Shown: positions 1 through 13,199 of the stretch, piece after piece
How the letters are laid out: each line of letters starts with the position of its first letter
How positions within the stretch are numbered: the stretch's first letter is position 1
Assembly: GCA_951406725.2 (NCBI GenBank)
Contig: OX597814.1
Coordinates: 31,558,001-31,622,000 of the forward strand
DNA: 64,000 nucleotides
Reading direction: 5' to 3'
Source of the DNA: Octopus vulgaris
Taxonomy: Eukaryota
Position numbers and translations under genes: made by a program
Notes under the pieces: model-generated
Told to the model about the DNA's origin: nothing
The model's database searches: none
The model's input: only the letters and a program-made list of their open reading frames with translations

Positions 1-74
1 TCTGCCGGGCGTGCAGACTCTTCTGCCGGCCGTTTTTATTTTTTATTTGCCGTTTTTTATCTTTGTACGACTGT

Positions 75-200
75 TAAATCGACCTCAGTGCTGAACTGGT
101 ACTTATTTTATCGACCCCGGAAGCATTTGAACTTAGAATGTAAATACCACTAAACATTTTGTCTGGTGCGATAACGATTCTCCACGCTCACCGTCTTATA
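75..200 (-). mobile_element. SINE family C, decayed copy
   Basis: Reverse-complement match to 42412-42640 (aactggtacttattttatcgacccc...gctcaccgtctta). Confidence 0.6.
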
Positions 201-662
201 GTAACACAGATATTGAAAACTGAAAGACTTAAAACAATAAAGAGACATCATGAGGACATACTAGTGGATCTTCGACCTGCTAGAAAAAGCTTTCATGTAT
301 ATTTTAAAGGAAAATTTTTCTTACAAACGGTAGCACACATTAAATAGTGTAATCCTAGAGAGTTTTAAAAAAAGATACAATGGCAACGGTTAGACCTATT
401 TTGATCATAAAACGACTTGTTTATTTCACTGTATTTTTGACTAGAACTGACCGTACGAGTGCGATCAAGTGATGTTTCAGACCCTCTATTCTTTCTAGTA
501 TGACTACTAGGTGGCAGAAACTGTAAATTTGTTCCATTTATTAATAACTAAATACAGGAATGTCGATAGGTGTTGCTTGAAACTAAATAACAGTATCAAA
601 AATACAAATATATTTGGAAGAAATTCAGTTTCGCAAAAATGTGCAAAACGTGAAGCATAATA

Positions 663-803
663 TTAGGTTGTCCCAAAAGTTCGTAAACACTTGCGAAAAT
701 TGAATTTTTACTCGCCAAGTACTAACAAAAACAACAAAAATTATTCCTCAAAATAAAGACCATTATTTTCCAAGACTTTCTACGAACTTTTGGGACAACC
801 TTA
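663..803. mobile_element. Tc1/mariner-type MITE, 141 bp
   Basis: 23-bp TIRs ttaggttgtcccaaaagttcgta / tacgaacttttgggacaacctta (1 mismatch), flanked by TA at 661-662 and 804-805. The TTAGGTTG start is typical of mariner TIRs. Confidence 0.85.
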
Positions 804-1429
804 TATATCAAAAAGTTAAGAACGGAAATCAAGAGACAAAACGTTTTCTCTATAACTAATCGATCATTTTATGAAAGAGAATGTACTTCGAAGGTCAATG
901 AAAACTACGTAGTGAACCTCTATTTTTTCAGGAACTCGAAAGAACTGCTGAATTTTAATTATGCATTCTTTAAAAAAAAATATACTTTTACTACTTATTT
1001 TGTATTTTAATATTGTAAACCCAAAGCAGTGAACGGGTAGTGTCGTCAGTACACCGGACAAAATGCTTAACGGCATTTCGTCCGTTTCCGTTATACTTCT
1101 TGTAACCATGTAATTTATCCTTCTAAACTGTAGCCATATTTCATTTTCTATAATTCCGGCATGTAATATGCATCATTGTTGGCGTTTATGTTTCAACTAT
1201 TGACGAAAAAGTTGGTCGTGGCTGCTTTTGGAATTGACAAAAGAAAAAAAAAATCTGGAATGTTCGCAACATATTAGTATTTCTGAAATGTCAAGCTTCT
1301 CTGGTAGACCATTATTTTATTATGAAGCGTAACTAATTACCTAAACCAAAAGTATTAGATTCTGAAATCTTAAAACACGTTAAATTATTGTGTTGGCGAT
1401 GGCTGAATGGATTCTGAAGTAACAGAATA

Positions 1430-2050
1430 AGGGGCCAGGGTACTATGCTGGTTCTATGGAGGACATTTCTCCTCAGCCGTCTGGACTACCGCTCTCATCT
1501 CTGGTTACTCCACAGTGACAAAATTAATAGCAGTACGTGATATAGAGCAGTGGTACTACAAAAGGAAGGTTGCATCAATAGAACAGCTGAGATACTGAGA
1601 AACGCTAGAAGAGTTACAGTTTTACTCCATGGAGCGAAGACGAGAGAACTATGTGGTGATTGACATATGGAAGATCCTAAAAAGTTTGGCATTAAATTGT
1701 CATAGGACCCCCCTGAACTGGACATCACTGCGCTCTTACGGTTCCAACCATCTCATCTTGAGTGACGACCAGGTACAACAATAGCTTGGGATTCAAAGCC
1801 CCACAATTATTTAAAATTTTACTAAAATGTCTCAGGGATCTACATGAAGTGGGGTAGAGGTTTTCAAGAAACAACTTGATCTCCTACTGTCCAAGGTCCT
1901 AAATCACGACAGGAAATTCAAAATAGGGTAACAATATAGAATTCCACACTTCATCAAAGGACAATAACAAAAGAATGGCCATTAAAAGGTGATAATACTG
2001 GCCGCGCCCGAGCATAACTACAACTTTTGGGCTGAAATGCATCAAGGATA
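1430..2050 (+). mobile_element. CR1-type LINE 3' fragment, decayed
   Basis: Broken frames read LVLWRTFLLSRLDY, YSMERRRENY..IWKIL and NSLGFKAPQLF, homologous to ORF 32176-33000. Confidence 0.8.
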
Positions 2051-2199
2051 AATAGCACTTATGTATGTATGAATGTATATAAGTATGTGTGTACGTATAT
2101 ATTTATGTATGTATGTATGCGTGTATGCATGTATGTATGTATATATGTACGTATGTATGTATACACACACAATATATCAATGTAACTACACATGTGATG

Positions 2200-2362
2200 T
2201 TGCCGATTTCGTTTCCTTCTTTGAACTTTTCTCTTTCTCCTTACCGACGAAGAGTAATGTTCGAAACGTCAAACTCGCTCTTTGCAGCAAGCATCTGGCT
2301 AATACATTTCTTGTGCTCGTTCTCTTGTTGCCCTTTAATTTTACTCGTCTATTTGAACTACA
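2200..2362 (+). mobile_element. Penelope-like terminal-repeat fragment with minimal hammerhead remnant
   Basis: ccgacga-a-gagtaatgttc-gaaacgtc motif followed by a ctaatacattt tail resembling 27095-27290. Confidence 0.55.
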
Positions 2363-2369
2363 TATATAT

Positions 2370-2454
<85 letters not shown>

Positions 2455-2493
2455 CGCATATATACCTACGTATATATATATATATATATATAT

Positions 2494-3511
2494 TGATATG
2501 AAGGTCAAAATGGAAAAAGTGCTATGACCCAGTTTCGTTGGTTTGGTGCCGGACAGACTGGAGAAACAAGTTATAGGCCTTTGTCTTGTCACCGGTAAGG
2601 GAAATTAATGAGGTTGGAAGGTACCTCTGACCCTTATCCGGTCAAGCAAAGTTTGAGAAAAAACTAAGTCACCACCCTTTAAAATGCGGAGAGCTGGGGG
2701 TTTGTTGGTTAGTTTGACCAGAGACAGTTAGTTGGCAACAGGGTAGTTTCGCGAGAGAGTTGGCCTGGGACAGACACAGGTGATTAAGAACTTGTCAAGC
2801 GAGAGGCAACGACAAGGATGACAAGCGTGGTCTGGAGAAAGACAGACAGTGAATGTGAGAGATGACAAGCGAGAGACATTTTGAACTCGGTCTGATATAG
2901 TGGGAGTTTTGGTGATGATTCAGGGAGTGTTGCAGACGAGAAAACGTACGGTAATATTGTTTATGTTTTCGTTGTTGAATTTTGGATGTTGATGTGAAAT
3001 GTAAAAGAAAAGAGAAAAGAACTTGTGAACTGTATTAAAGAAAAAGGAAAAAGAACATTGTGTCAAAAGAACTGTAGAAAGAGAAGGAAAAAGAAGGGAA
3101 ATGAACATTGTGACATAAACTGTAATCTGTTGTAAAAAAAGAATTGTTGAAGAGAAAGAACATTTAATGTGGACTGTTTTCGGACGTCGTGTATTGTGCA
3201 TGCATGGATTATTGTTTTTCTTTTTTTAACTCTGTACAATTCATTGAATGTTTTTCTTTAAATGTATCTGACATGTATTACGTTTTGATTGATGTTGTAA
3301 CAATTGTATAAACTGTTGTTAAATGTAAGCAACTGCCTTCCGCTGTGTCTCTCTTCCTGTTGTTGTTGTTGTCGTCTCCGGTTACTGGTTTGTGTTCGCT
3401 ACATTCCTCCCACCGCTTGATGTGGAGGATTTCCTTTTGACTGAGCGTGGTCTTCGTCGTCGCTCGACTTAGGGTCCCGAGTACGAGTTGAGCGATGGCA
3501 GGTTCGTTACA
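2494..3511. mobile_element. Putative solo LTR inserted in a (TA)n array
   Basis: About 1 kb unique, more GC-rich block starting TG and ending GTTACA, flanked by atat on both sides; no coding capacity. Confidence 0.4.
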
Positions 3512-3566
3512 ATATATATATATATATATACATATAAATACGCATATATATACATATGTGTGCATA

Positions 3567-3621
<55 letters not shown>

Positions 3622-3623
<2 letters not shown>

Positions 3624-4391
3624 GGTTAAGTAATTGAGATTCTAGTGAATTCTAAAGAATTCACATGAATATGGTCCTTAACTAGGATGCACCGGAAATC
3701 TATATGGTGTTAACCATACGACAAGTGGGGTGATTACAAATAGGAAAAAAGCAACAAGAATGGATTAAAATCTCGGTACGATCGTTTCGTACGAGGACAT
3801 CTTTAATAAGCTACAAAAAATGCAGTGAATACAGATGGCTCGTACTCGTCAGCCGAAAAAACATCAGAGAATTCCCAAACATCAAAAGGGGTAGATACAA
3901 AAGAGGTTGTAAGATTAGCTGCATTGAAGAAAGTTCGATTCATGGAGATCCGATGAAAGGTTTTAAACCTATAGAATTTAGGCATGTCTACATATAGCTC
4001 ATATTGAATATTTGATCAAGTTGTGTGAAGAAATTTTCGGATACAGTCATGCAAAATTTCTGAAAATCCGAGTAAGAGGCAAAGTGACTGCCATATCATG
4101 TAGAGGAAAGTCTGAGTAAAAGCATAGTGACTGTCATATCGTGTAGAGGAACAGATTGTTGTTGAAATATATATATAAAATGAGATAGGGGTTAAAAATT
4201 CAACCCACCATGGGATAATATATATCCAATATACTGCTAGAGAGGTACCCAACAAGACTAATACATAAATGTTAAAAATTGCCAAGCAATTAGTCCATCT
4301 ACTGTATTATATGGGTAAAGGTAAAAATATTACCGTAAATTAATACTACAAAATTAGAAAATTTTAAGTATGTTTCTCCATTTTCTAATTT

Positions 4392-4397
<6 letters not shown>
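3622..4397 (-). mobile_element. Non-coding Penelope-like (retrozyme-like) segment between (TA)n arrays
   Basis: Carries an intact hammerhead, an internal 24-bp direct repeat (gtgactgYcatatcRtgtagagga) and a terminal fold-back (tacaaaattagaaaat...attttctaattttgta). Confidence 0.55.
3771..3858 (-). ncRNA. Type I hammerhead ribozyme, canonical core
   Basis: Minus strand: tttcgg CTGACGA gtacgag...ctcgtac GAAA cgatcg TA ccgaga. Stems I and II pair, and helix III is the palindrome ACGATCGT. Confidence 0.85.
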
Positions 4398-4433
<36 letters not shown>

Positions 4434-4484
4434 TACATATGTATACATAAGTATGTGTATTTATATGTATATACATATATATAG

Positions 4485-4720
4485 GGAAGTGTTGCATTTG
4501 AAAAACTCGAAAAGCGAGTTTGATATGTATTATGTGTGATCGTATTCTGTTGTCAAAAGCAGGATACGTGTATCATATGAAGTCACAGGAAAATTGAAAT
4601 GCCCGGGTAGGTAATAATCTTGAACACCAACTGCCTCTTACGACTTGTGTCATATGTCACAAAACTTGCAAGACAATATCTGGACTTGTTAGTTCAGAAA
4701 CACATTCCTTCAGAAAGGGC
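4485..4720 (+). mobile_element. Decayed LINE (probably RTE-type) fragment with C2H2-like finger remnants
   Basis: Reads GSVAFEKLEKRV*, then CIMCDRILLSKAGYVYHMKS and CVICHKTCKTISGL, with stops and no TGEKP linkers. Confidence 0.45.
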
Positions 4721-5185
4721 AAAGATGTAGGAGAAACTTAAATAATATCTGTCACTTGTGTTTTAAACCGAGTCAGTCAGCAGCCGGTCACAAAGCCGTT
4801 ATACTTCTGACCGATGGTAAACTGAAAGAGTAAATATAATGCTAATATTATATTCATCTCCAGAGTTTTTTATCTAATTGTATTTCCAGGTTTCACATTA
4901 GTGTTTACATTCTACATGCCTTATAAAGGTACTTAAATACAAAGCTTGGATTACTTTCTACATGTAAAAGTTTCACACTAGAAACATGATGAATTATGGA
5001 TATAACGCATATATTCACACCATGATGATTTATGATGTAGCGCATATATTGCGCATGCCTTGTTCTTAAGATGATAATGCATTGGGTATCCCGGCTGTGA
5101 TAGTGTTATCAAAATCCATTTACATGCCACTGAAAATCAGATGCTTAGAAGCAAGAATAGAAACAACAATCATTCATTAAATCTC

Positions 5186-5494
5186 GGTGGAGGCACATGG
5201 CCTAGTGGTTATGGCAGTGGTCTCACGGTCGAGGGATCGCTGGTTCAAATCTGAGACCTAGCGATGTGTGTTTTTAAAAGCGAAACACCTTAGCTCCACG
5301 CGGCTCCGGCCGAATATAATGGCGAACTTCTGCTGACTCTTTCGCCACAACGTTCTCTCAATCTTTCCTCCTGCATCTTGCAGCTGACCTGCGACGGACC
5401 GGCGACCCGTCCAGGCGGGGGAACCTATACGCCAAGGAAACCGGGAAACCGGCCCTTATAAACCAGGAGTGGCTCGGGAATGAACAAACAAAAA
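5186..5494 (+). mobile_element. tRNA-derived SINE family B, tail variant 1
   Basis: A box tggcctagtgg and B box ggttcaaatc; 11-bp TSD cattaaatctc at 5175-5185 and 5495-5505. Confidence 0.85.
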
Positions 5495-7147
5495 CATTAA
5501 ATCTCCGAATTTTGCATAATAGTAAATGGGAATTTTGTGCAATTATATTCTGGTTTGACGTGTTTCTTAGTCATGGTGCTGAATCTAGATTTTTGTTTTG
5601 ATTATATAATAACAATAGTTTATTTTCGATTATTTATGCTATGAGCAATTTAAAAACATTCGTCTAGTCCCAACATTTTGACTATAGTATGTTGTTACTT
5701 ATGAATAACAAATGTGTGTATGGTGAAGCGTTTCGTAATCTTGCATCAGAAATTAGTATTTAGGATGTATATACTCTCTACTTGGATAGTTTGATATTAG
5801 TAGAGACATTGTAACACAACTCTTTACATGTACTTCGTTATTGATTCTAAATTTCTTTATATGTATTAAAGTTAGAGTTCGTGCATAGTTAGGTCTTGAT
5901 AATTTATCATTTTTTTAAGTTGATTCTGACAGAACACAAAACCGCGTATAATTATTGTTATTACCTAATCTTTGTTTACACTCGATGATTCGAACTATTA
6001 TGTGCAATGCATATGTGATGATTTTTTTTTAATCAGATAGTGAATTTACCACTACTTCTCGTCTTTTTGATCTTTATATGATATATATGTAGGCGCTATA
6101 TTGGGTAAAGGTGCATTTGTTTTTTATACACTTCACTTAGCACGCATTATTGAACGGATGTTATATTTCATATAACTTCTCTTTTGCATGAAGTGTATCT
6201 ACTTTAAACTTTGCAAAAGCAAATCATTTTGCCAAGATCATGTTGGATGACGTAAAATGCATTACACGTTACTATCGCCTAAACCCAGCACCTAAAAACA
6301 GAGAGTGAAGTCCCCTGAAAAGAGAGAAAACAGATGGGTGCGGAATGTGAGGTAACGAAGAAGAGCTGTTGGAAAGTGACTAGAAATATGTAGATGTGCT
6401 TCTAGAGCAAAGTAGATAGCTATCTCAGAAGGGATAGATAAAAATGTTCGGAGAGAAATACTGAGAGAAAGAGAGAACAAACTGATAAAAAGGTGTCATT
6501 GGAGAAATGTAAAAGCGGGAAGATATAAAAAAATTAAGAAAGAAATAGATTTATTGCAGAAATCAAAATGGCCGCAGAAGTGAATGAAATGTAGTAGACT
6601 GAAAGTTAATAGCTAATAAGAGAAGAGAGAGAACAATAGAAAGTGAGATGGAGATAGAAGCAATGAAAGAAAGCAGGAATGAGAAAGTAAATGGTTAGAT
6701 AAAAAGATGAAACAGGAGATGACATAAGGAAATATATGATACAAGAATAGCATAGATAGACAATCACTGTCTTTCAGCCGTATGATATAATGATATTATA
6801 TCGAGAAACCAGCCAAATGGTGCAATGTAAGATTTACAGATGATGTATGCCTATGTGCATATGTAGGTATGGTGCTTGCGTGAGTCTACTTCTATGCAAT
6901 TAGACATATCGCAGTATGTGTGCCTGTGTATGTCGTTGCCATGGTATATATATATATATATGTTTTGTGCAAACTGAAATGTATGTGAAATTATTCTTAT
7001 GGGAGTGTGCCAATTCAGGTATTGATACACATTCATGCATATGCATATGAATGTATATGGAGAGATTTCTACATATATGTTAGGACTTATCTACCAATTT
7101 GATGTACCTAGGATTATTAGTAAGTGTATTTGAGCATTTAAACTATA

Positions 7148-7260
<113 letters not shown>

Positions 7261-7731
7261 ATATAATATATATGATATATATACACACACGCACATATAT
7301 ATATGTATTAAATATATATAATGATATATATATTGACATATATATATTATTTTATTACATATATATATATTATGAGATATAACATATATGATATATATAT
7401 ATACACATATATATATATTATTACATATATATAATAATATATATTGTTTTATTGCATACATATATATATATATATTGATATCATGATTATGTGTGAGGCG
7501 AATAGGGAAAATGGAGAGGTCTCTGAGGCAAGAGTAAAAAATATATATATAGAATAGAATACACACACACAAAAGAAAAAAAACCAAAAGAAAGATAAAT
7601 GAAAAGATTAGCCTTACCAAGTAAGAAAAGATATTCATATTCGACTTTGAATAAAAAGTAATAAGTTGGGATGACTTACAGTTTTTTCCATATAGGTTTG
7701 GAGATAATCTCCTCTGACAAACGAAAGAAGT

Positions 7732-7839
<108 letters not shown>

Positions 7840-8033
7840 GGGGTATGTGCATGTGTGTGTGTGTATGTGAGTGTGCGTGTATATGTGCTTGTATTTATAT
7901 AAATATATATACATTTAAGCATGTGCATGTATGTATTCCTTTATCTCTCTCTCTTTACATATATATATACAAAGACACGCACGTATGAATTTATGCATAT
8001 GTACATACATATATTTATATATATATATATATG

Positions 8034-8151
<118 letters not shown>

Positions 8152-8519
8152 TATATATGGGTATGTGTGTGTGCGTGTATACATATATATATATATATAT
8201 ATAATATGCATATGTGTACATGCAAATTTTACAATACCGTATGTTTAAAGATTACATCGGTGTTTTAGCGCAGATCTATGTGCATTGTATGCATATATGT
8301 TACTGTAATTGTTCCTGCACATGCTGGTGCATTATCTTCCACGTTGAATTAAATCAGGTATCGAAGTAAAAATTTGTTTCAAATATTAATCGTCGCCCTC
8401 TGCCGTATGTGTCTAGTACATATACGTGTACGTGCATTTATAAATGCATATACTTACAGATACGCATACACACATGTATGTGAGTATATATATTTGAATA
8501 GAATTATCGAAACACTAAA

Positions 8520-9420
8520 AGGGGGAGAAAACTATTCACAAAACAAATATTAATGGCAACAACGGAAATCTAATTTACTCGATCAAGATTGGACAGTCAT
8601 TGGGAGAACCCATACGGATACACAAGCAACACATTTGGAAACCTGATGTCAGAGTGATTCCACTATGTAGCCATTTGTGAACCCGCAACTATAGTATCAT
8701 TGTTATTATTCTAATTTTATAAACTTTGTGTTTCAAGCGAAGTAAACAGCAAGAAATAGAAGAACTTGAGAGGAAAGATCAATCTAGCACTGAGTAGACA
8801 AAAATATTTATTGGAATTTAAATATATTTCAAAATTATATTTACCCGAACGTTGCTGTAATACTGAAAATATTCTATAGTTTACAGGTCTATAAATATAA
8901 ATGATGCCATCCAGTTTTAATTGTCATCGGTATGTGAATTGTTACTCAGTATTGTTTTAAAATAGGAAATATTTGTGTATATTATTTTTATGTATACAAA
9001 TATAAATATGCATATCGATACACACAACATGCATCCATAGAAGCACACTTTTACTTGTATATCCGTCTATATATGCATTAAAGAATATATTTATTTCTTA
9101 AAAGATTATTTGCGTACATTTATCAATTGATTATTTTATTATTGTAGTTATCTTTAAACTGATGAGTGGCTATATATATATCGAAGTGATTTTACTACTA
9201 ATATTTTTACTATAATCATTTCTTAAACATAGCCACGAGACACGTGGCGTTATTCTACCAAGTATATGCGTTTTATTTACTTTGCACATTACTTAATCAT
9301 CGTTATATTTTTTATCTTACATTTAATCTTTCTATTATATGTAATTTTCTAGATGGCGTAATTTAAGTTTTCATTTTGAATTGATAAAAGGTGTTTTTTT
9401 CTAATTTATATACAAAGAGG
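8520..9420 (+). mobile_element. Penelope-like element 3' remnant (GIY-YIG plus hammerhead remnant)
   Basis: NLIYSIKIGQSLGEPIRIHKQHIWKPDVRVIPLCSHL resembles a deleted PLE endonuclease. It is followed by CTGATGA gtggctat...atagccac GAGA cacgtg at 9159-9246. Confidence 0.65.
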
Positions 9421-9439
9421 TATTAGTAACTGACATCTA

Positions 9440-10160
9440 TGAAAATAAAGAGGAAACAACAAAAGGTGTAAAACAACTGAATTCTAAACTAAAACTCGAA
9501 CAAAGTATCATCATAAAACGATGGCAAAAAAAGCTCTTACATGGCAAATATTGGGATAAGATAAACAGAAAAAAATAGACAAAGTAAAATCCCAACAATG
9601 GCTGAGAAGCCCAGAGCTGAAAGCAGAGATAGAACAAAATGAACGGCTTCCGACCAGAAATCATCAGAAACACATAATGAAGAAAAATAAAACAAGTAAC
9701 TTCAAAATATGTGGTGATGGAGAAGAAACAATAAATCATATTGTGTCTGACTGCCCAGTCCAGGCTAAGAAGGAATATATCCTCAGATATGACAGATTTG
9801 GAAACTATATACACTTGAAGCTATGCCAACACTACGGAATGACAACATAAAAATATGGTATAAGCACAACCCAGAAAAGGCCTAAAAAATGACAAAGTGA
9901 TTGTACCCTAGATTATGCCAATATAAACAGATGGAGTAATCAAGGGTAATAAACTGGACATAACTGTCAGTGATAATCAAGAAAAACAATGACTTCTAAT
10001 CGATATATCAATACCAAAGATGGCAACACATCTCTAAAAGAAACGGAGAAACTCCCAAAATACAAAGATCTGGTAAAAAAAAAAGGGACCCGAATGTGGA
10101 GTCTAAAAACAGAAACAATTCCTGTAATAATAGATGCATTAGGTATGATTAAAAAATTTT
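9440..10160 (+). mobile_element. R4/Dong-type LINE fragment (CCHC finger plus restriction-like endonuclease), decayed
   Basis: Broken frames: WQKKLLHGKY, SQQWLRSPELKAE, ICGDGEETINHIVSDCP, WYKHNPEK, LLIDISIP, KETEKLPKYKDL, RMWSLKTETIPVIIDALG. Confidence 0.85.
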
Positions 10161-10318
10161 GTGGAGGGGACCAGTCGATGACGATGACCGCAGTGTTTCA
10201 CTGATGCTTAATTTGTCGACCCCGAAAGGATGAAAGGCAAAATCAACCTCGGCGAAATTTGAATTCAGAACATAAGGACGGACGAAATGCAGCTAAGCAT
10301 TTTGCCCGGCGTACTAAT
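10160..10318 (-). mobile_element. SINE family C fragment
   Basis: tcgaccccgaaaggatgaaaggcaaaatcaacctcggcg matches 19996-20229. Confidence 0.8.
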
Positions 10319-10329
10319 CCAGTGTGACT

Positions 10330-10732
10330 CACTGATTGATGCTTGGAAAGCAGACATTTTTGTAGTGAATATCACCATACCTGGGGATACACGAGTAGGG
10401 CACAAAGAGATGGAAAATATTGAAAGGTACAAGCTATGAAATGACGAAATTGCATGAATAGAGGCAATGAAGAAAGTATCTGTAATTCCAGTAGTTGTAG
10501 AGGCAGTGGGAAGACTAACAAACATGTTTGATAAATATGCTGGAGAAATTGGAATTGACATGAGGGTAGAACATGCTCAGAAATCTCTATTGGGGGTTAG
10601 CGAGGATTTTGTGATTGGTGCTTGGGTGTTAAGTATCGTGGAAAGAGCCCCTGACAGACCTTTGGTAACAGGTTGCTGTCCGCTCTTAGAGAATTAACCA
10701 GAGAAAATTAAATGGGGAGAAGTAATATGGAA

Positions 10733-10735
<3 letters not shown>
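10330..10735 (+). mobile_element. Second R4/Dong-type LINE 3' end
   Basis: ITIPGDTRVGHKEMENIERY...MKKVSVIPVVVEAVG...EHAQKSLLG, then a 3' UTR running into (TGA)n(TAA)n. Confidence 0.75.
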
Positions 10736-11443
<708 letters not shown>

Positions 11444-11507
11444 AATAATAATAATAATAATAATGATAATAATAATAATAATGATAATAATAATAATAAT
11501 AATAATC

Positions 11508-11543
<36 letters not shown>

Positions 11544-12845
11544 TACATGTACGCACAAATACACACACATACTCACAAACACATAAACATATATACTGAG
11601 AGGTTTTTATTTTTTTGTAAAGCCTAAACTATTAGTTTTAAGAAAAAAAATCCAGCGCACTAGTTTAATCGTATATTTCGTTATTTTGGTGGGGGTTTTT
11701 TTGGGAATGAAATTATTGCAGTACGCAAACATTAAAATATTAAGTAGTACGTCAGTTTGAAAGTAGTAAACCATAGGAAGTTTAATATTCATTGCGCGAA
11801 GAACTATAATGGAAATTGCCTTATGTTTGTAATACGTATGGAGATGTTGATGTTAGTAGTAATGTGAATTGCTTGTCTTGCCGAAATTTGACACTCCAAG
11901 TGCAGTTAGCTCCAACCGAGAAATTGATATTACTTAGGGTATAACATATAGTAATAATGATAACCTTAATTCTACAAATAAAGTTGACAACAAACGTCTT
12001 AGACGGCAATAAATATTTTGTAATTGTAGATACCGCCTTGAATGTCCTATAAAATATGTGTACTTCAAGAAGCTAATCTATCAACTTACGGCATCAACTG
12101 AGAATGTTATATACTATTACATACGTTTCTGTGCCACCAACTTTAAATATAAGTTATATAACCATCTCCCTTTATTTGAATTTATGAAAAATATTAATTG
12201 CACTTATCTAATTAAATGCATATGAGATGTAATGGCAAGAACATTAATTTCTATATGAAATAGTCCATTCTAAATAGCGTTCCACCGTACAATACCGATT
12301 ATTTAAATGTCAAATTTGCCAGGAGAAAATGTTCAATATTCTTATCTCAAAATTAAATTTATATTCTAGAACCATAACTGCTCATAGATATATAAAAAGC
12401 TTCACATATTTCCCTAGAAAATAGCACTTGGTTTATACCAACTTATTCTTTAAATAGAGGAGATACGTATGTAAATCAAATTTCTCGAACTACTTATTAC
12501 TGAGACTCATAGTCTTTTTAAAACAATGTTATTTATATTCTACTGCTAAAGTAGTATTTTCTTCGGTTTGACTTTTACCACTTCGATTTTTCCTTATATT
12601 TTTCATCCTTGACTTTTTACTTCCACACTTCAAGAACTGGATCTTAGCCTTTTAACATTGATTTTGACTTTATTATCATTTTCGATTATAAGGATGTCTT
12701 GTTACTTCCTATGAGGTGTGTCCAATTCACTTACCTAAATCATTATATGATTTTATATCTAACTCATACACACAGGTCTATACCACTTTGTCTACTATCA
12801 GATATCTCATGTATGTGTGAGTATAAGTATATTTCTATCAGTCTG

Positions 12846-12890
<45 letters not shown>

Positions 12891-13199
12891 ATATATATAT
12901 ATATATAGGCTAGCTGAGTTAGAGGTTAAAATGACCGTCTAAGGGATCGAAGTAGCCCATTACACTACTGGTATATTACCTATGCTTAACCATATGCAGT
13001 CTATTTGTATTAAATACAACAACAACAACAATAATAATAATAATAACTGATGTAAGTCAATTGTTGTTCAGTTGTTCATCGCTATTTCTCCATTTACTGT
13101 CTAAAATTTATATATATATATATATATGTGTATGTGTGTGTGTGCATGTGTGTGTATGTATATGTATGTATGCATGTATGTATGTATTTACTATCAGTT

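Noticed and set aside
11810-11940. KLPYVCNTYG resembling a C2H2 linker
   Set aside because: No second Cys or His pair and no exon support.
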